Shown: piece after piece, positions 60,393 through 64,000 of the stretch | Layout of the letters: the number at the start of each line of letters is the position of its first letter | How positions within the stretch are numbered: the stretch's first letter is position 1 | DNA from: Podarcis gaigeae | Lineage: Eukaryota | Assembly (NCBI GenBank): GCA_964106915.2 | Contig: OZ066921.1 | DNA length: 64,000 nucleotides | Reading direction: 5' to 3' (one strand) | The notes under the pieces: generated by a model | What the model was told of the DNA's origin: nothing | Database searches by the model: none | Seen by the model: the letters and a program-made list of their open reading frames with translations, nothing else | Made by a program: the position numbers and the translations under genes

Positions 60393-63019
60393 CTGGAAGG
60401 GAACACAACGGCATGAGGGCCTCCTCCCACTCCCTCTGAGTCTTTGGCAGGGCTAGGAGCTCCCTGCCTCAGCCCTGAACCTGACTACTTCACTGGGCAA
60501 ACCTGGCACCCTTCCAGGTCAAATGCAGGACTGCCTCTTCAAACAGAAATTGGACTCAGATGTGGAGGGGCTGGAGGAGAAAGGGGCGCCCACTTGCAGA
60601 ATGCCCTCTGCAGGGAAGCTTGCCTGGGGCCACATCTGATGTCTTTCTGGTGCCAAGCAGAGACCTTTTTTAAAAAATTTGCCCAGCACACCATCAAGTT
60701 GGTCTCAACCTAGCATTTTAAAAAATGATGTTATTTTTTCTGTTCTGAAGAGCCACCTCCTCACTCATGAAGTGCTGGGAACTCTGACTGCGTATCTCAG
60801 TGCAATATTCAAATGAAGGTCAGTGAGAGGCAACCCCACTGGAAAGAAGCACAGACCTCTTGATGGGGATGCTTCCTCGCCTTAATTGGGAGCATCCATG
60901 AGGAAGCAGGAAAGGTACTCCCAGCCCACAGTCACTCTTGCATTCACACACATGCCTCTCGGGGGGAGTTCTCATGACCTACAAGTAGAGGAGGCTTGGG
61001 TCAGCCATGAACTCCTGTGCAAAATGAATACAGTCATTCTGGAGGAAGGGCAAGGAGGCCATAGGGGCCGAGAAGGCAGGGATGATGGCAATCTCCTGGG
61101 CAAAGGCCAGAAATGCAGATGGAGGCCACCCACTTTCAGCGGTCGGAGGACCACCTGTCCTGGCAGAAGCCTCTTGGTCTGCCAGGGAGGTGGCTAGAAT
61201 AGATGCAATCCAAACAGCCTTTAGAGGAAATGGACCTGTTGTGGCTCTTGGAAGCACTAACCTTCTTTGCCAGATGCAAGACAGGCCGACCGCTTTCCAC
61301 TGGGGCCCTCCCTGCTCCTCTGCCACTCCAGAAACAGAGGAGGAAGCTGCCTTGGCTCCCCTTTTGTGGCCCTCCTGCTCTCTCTGCTCAGCCACCAAAG
61401 AAGAAGTTGTCGGCAGTGAGGTTTTAATACCTTCCTCCTTGCCAGCTGCAGGCCCAGCAGAGGATCAATAGTGTTTAGACAGCCAAGGAGATCCCTTTCC
61501 CTCCTAAAGCACCCGATCAATAGCAGCCTTTCCCCTCCTTTTCCCCTCCCTCCACGCACGAAAGAACAAGCGTCAAAGAACCGGCGCCTTTGGGCTGATT
61601 GGGATGCCCAAAGGCAAGGAGTGGTTGCTGGCCATATGCGCCCACTGGGAATCACAGCGCAAGTCCTGGCTGCTTCAGACCCAGCGGGTCCAAAGAGACA
61701 TGAGGTCTCATTTCTGGGCCAGATCCTGAGTCCAGAGTGCTCCTGAGAGCTGCAAGAGTTACTTCATCTTCTGGACTTTTCCGAACTGCAGCATGTGGGA
61801 TGGGTAGCTAAGCCTACTCAGGAAGAGGCAGAACAACATCCTCCTCATCACGTCCTTCCACAGGGAGGGCTCCAAGCCCCAGGCATCTTATTCCCTGGTT
61901 CTCATGCTTTGTATGGCTGGACCAGTCCAAGGTAAAGGACAGGCAATGTTGTGTGAGGCTGGTGTGTCACCTGGGAGCACTGGCACTGCACCTTGTGGAG
62001 AAGGATGCTGAAAGCAGGAGGCACCTGGAGGAGCCTGCAGCGCCAAGCGAGAGGCACGTCCCACCCACCCCCTTGCTGTGGAGCGACTCAGGCAACGGCA
62101 AGAAGCCACCGAGGAAATCCCGCCTCCCTTTAATTGCTGCCTTCATGTTATTCTTTTCAAGGCTGTGTTAATTGAAATTAAACAGCTGCCACGTTCTGGC
62201 TGGGACAAAAGCTGTCTCTGCTCTGCTCCTTTGTGATTTAATGAAGACTGACACGCGGTGAGAAAACAACAACGGCTCACATCTTCCCAGATGCCAACAA
62301 AGCGTGGGGAGGGAGGAGGGGGCCGGCCCTCCCCACCCCAAAGAACCGCATCCCTCGGTTGGAACCGCACCTCCAGGGCACAGACCACATTGCCTCTGAG
62401 TTCTTAACACACCGCCAGCCTTAAGGAAAGACGTGGGTGTATCAGGTGGCAACTGCCAGGTGCCCTGTGCTTGCCATGCCAGGCACAGACCTGTGAACTT
62501 CATCCTCAGGTGTGCTGCTGCTGGCTTGTGCCATCGCTCCCTGGCGTGTCCTCTTGGGAGGATGGAGCCTGTGTGGTTCACTCATTGCCTGACCTTGAGT
62601 GCTCTTCACATCCCCAGTCAACCCCAATCTGGGCCTCTTCTTTTCTACTAGAAGGGGTTCCCCTGTTGGCACTTAGCCAGCATATTGGGCAAGTGGGGTG
62701 GTGTCTAACCTAGGCAAGAGGGAGTCCCCTGACTTGGCCTTGGTCTGAGAGGTTGCTGCTGCTCTGTTTGGTCTGGGCAGTCCCACCCTGAGTTGTTGGC
62801 TCGGTGGGCCCCGCTTGGCACCACAGGGGCACAGGGAGCACTTTCATGTCTGCCATGGGCATCTGTTGCTTCTGGGCCAAAGCACATAAGGAAGGTCTTC
62901 AAGGGCCTGCTGACAGGATCACAACTTTGCTACTCCTCGAATCTTTAAAAATGGGAAGGAGAACCCCTTCTCCTCCACAAACGGGCCTGGCAGGCACAGC
63001 ACTGTTCAGCACAGCAAAA

Positions 63020-63360
63020 TATGCAAAATGACGCATGAGCACAGACCTCATTAACACCCGCCTCCAACATCATTAAGATGTTTCCAAGAAAATTAATTGA
63101 GAGACTCATTAAAAATAAATTAAGAAAAATGTGTTGCAGAGCGCTTGCTCTGAGCTCGTAAATCACAGCTCGAAGCTCCGGGCTGCTGTGCAGACAATTA
63201 ACGCCGGCCAATTTGTTTTACCCTGACTGTGAAAATTAGAAAGCAGACGTGGAGATTAGATTAGGGGTGTCTGTCGAGCGGAACTCAGAGTGCATATTTT
63301 AGGATACAAAATGGAAATTAGGAAAACAACAAAGGCGGGCCAGATTTTAGTCCATCCGAG
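63020..63360. promoter_or_regulatory. Putative conserved non-coding element / developmental enhancer
   Basis: Non-repetitive AT-rich island in GC-rich surroundings, dense in TAAT/ATTA homeodomain cores, CTCGTAAA (posterior Hox/Cdx-like) and AACAAAG (Sox-like). Conservation cannot be shown without alignment. Confidence 0.45.
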
Positions 63361-64000
63361 GGGCTGATGGGCAGAGATGGGGAAGGGCAGCAAGAGTCAG
63401 GCTTGGCTGGTGGAGGGCAGTCCCCCCCCCGCAAAATGGTAGATACCAGGGGCCGATTTGAGCAGAGATACCAGCTGCCCACCACACAGCATGGAGGGAA
63501 GGGGGTTCCCAGCCCTTTGGGCTGCAAGACATGTTCCAATTCCCCCAGCAACATGAACAGAAAGAGTCTCTGTCCTGCACTCAGGCCCCTCCCAGCTCTC
63601 CTGGAAGTCAGTTACTGGAAGATCTGTAAAACAAGTCTCAGAGGTCTCCAACCCCAAAGACTGCTTGATGGAGGAAGCGGGAGACCAGCCCTGGTACAGC
63701 AACTCCCACGAAGTCTGGAGAAGCACATGATCCTCTGGGCACCCCATGGGCCTTGAGACAGCACACCATGAAGTTGTTGGCTGACTTGGTATGCAAGTCA
63801 GAGAAGAAGGAAGGGAGGCAACTTGTCCTTAAGCTCAACCCTACACTCTGGCCCTTGGCCATAGCCCTTGCATAGGCTGGAGGAGGCATTTTCTTGCCCA
63901 TCTGGGGACTGCAGCCTGACCTGAGGTTTTCAGAGGCTCTTGCAAAGTTTAAAGAATTCAGGAAGTATCAGCACAAGGAGGAGCAAGCTGCTTGTGCCAG

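Overview
Eukaryotic genomic DNA from a squamate reptile, most likely a lacertid lizard, judged from full-length Sauria/Squam1 SINEs and lacertid-type LINE tails. The window is gene-dense. Left to right: probable 5' end of PDF (-), COG8 (-), NIP7 (+), TMED6 (-), TERF2 (-), DHODH (+), DHX38/PRP16 (+) and a long coiled-coil PMFBP1-like gene (-), then AT-rich CNE-like blocks towards where ZFHX3 lies in mammals. Exons were reconstructed by hand from splice sites and translation; comparisons with human proteins are from memory, not database searches. Main observations: (1) TRF2 is remodelled. Exons 2 and 3 are fused with a 12-nt deletion in the TRFH peptide-docking loop, the F120-equivalent residue is Ile, the basic/GAR domain is almost absent and the acidic hinge exon is expanded, while the RAP1, TIN2, iDDR and Myb motifs are kept. 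(2) A young 5'-truncated L1 has an 18-bp target-site duplication that supplies an in-frame ATG, giving a complete 340-aa ORF just downstream of an orphan promoter where mammals have HP/TXNL4B. (3) A PMFBP1-like exon carries an in-frame TAG. (4) TERF2 and DHODH are head-to-head, unlike human gene order. No prokaryotic-type system (CRISPR etc.) is present.
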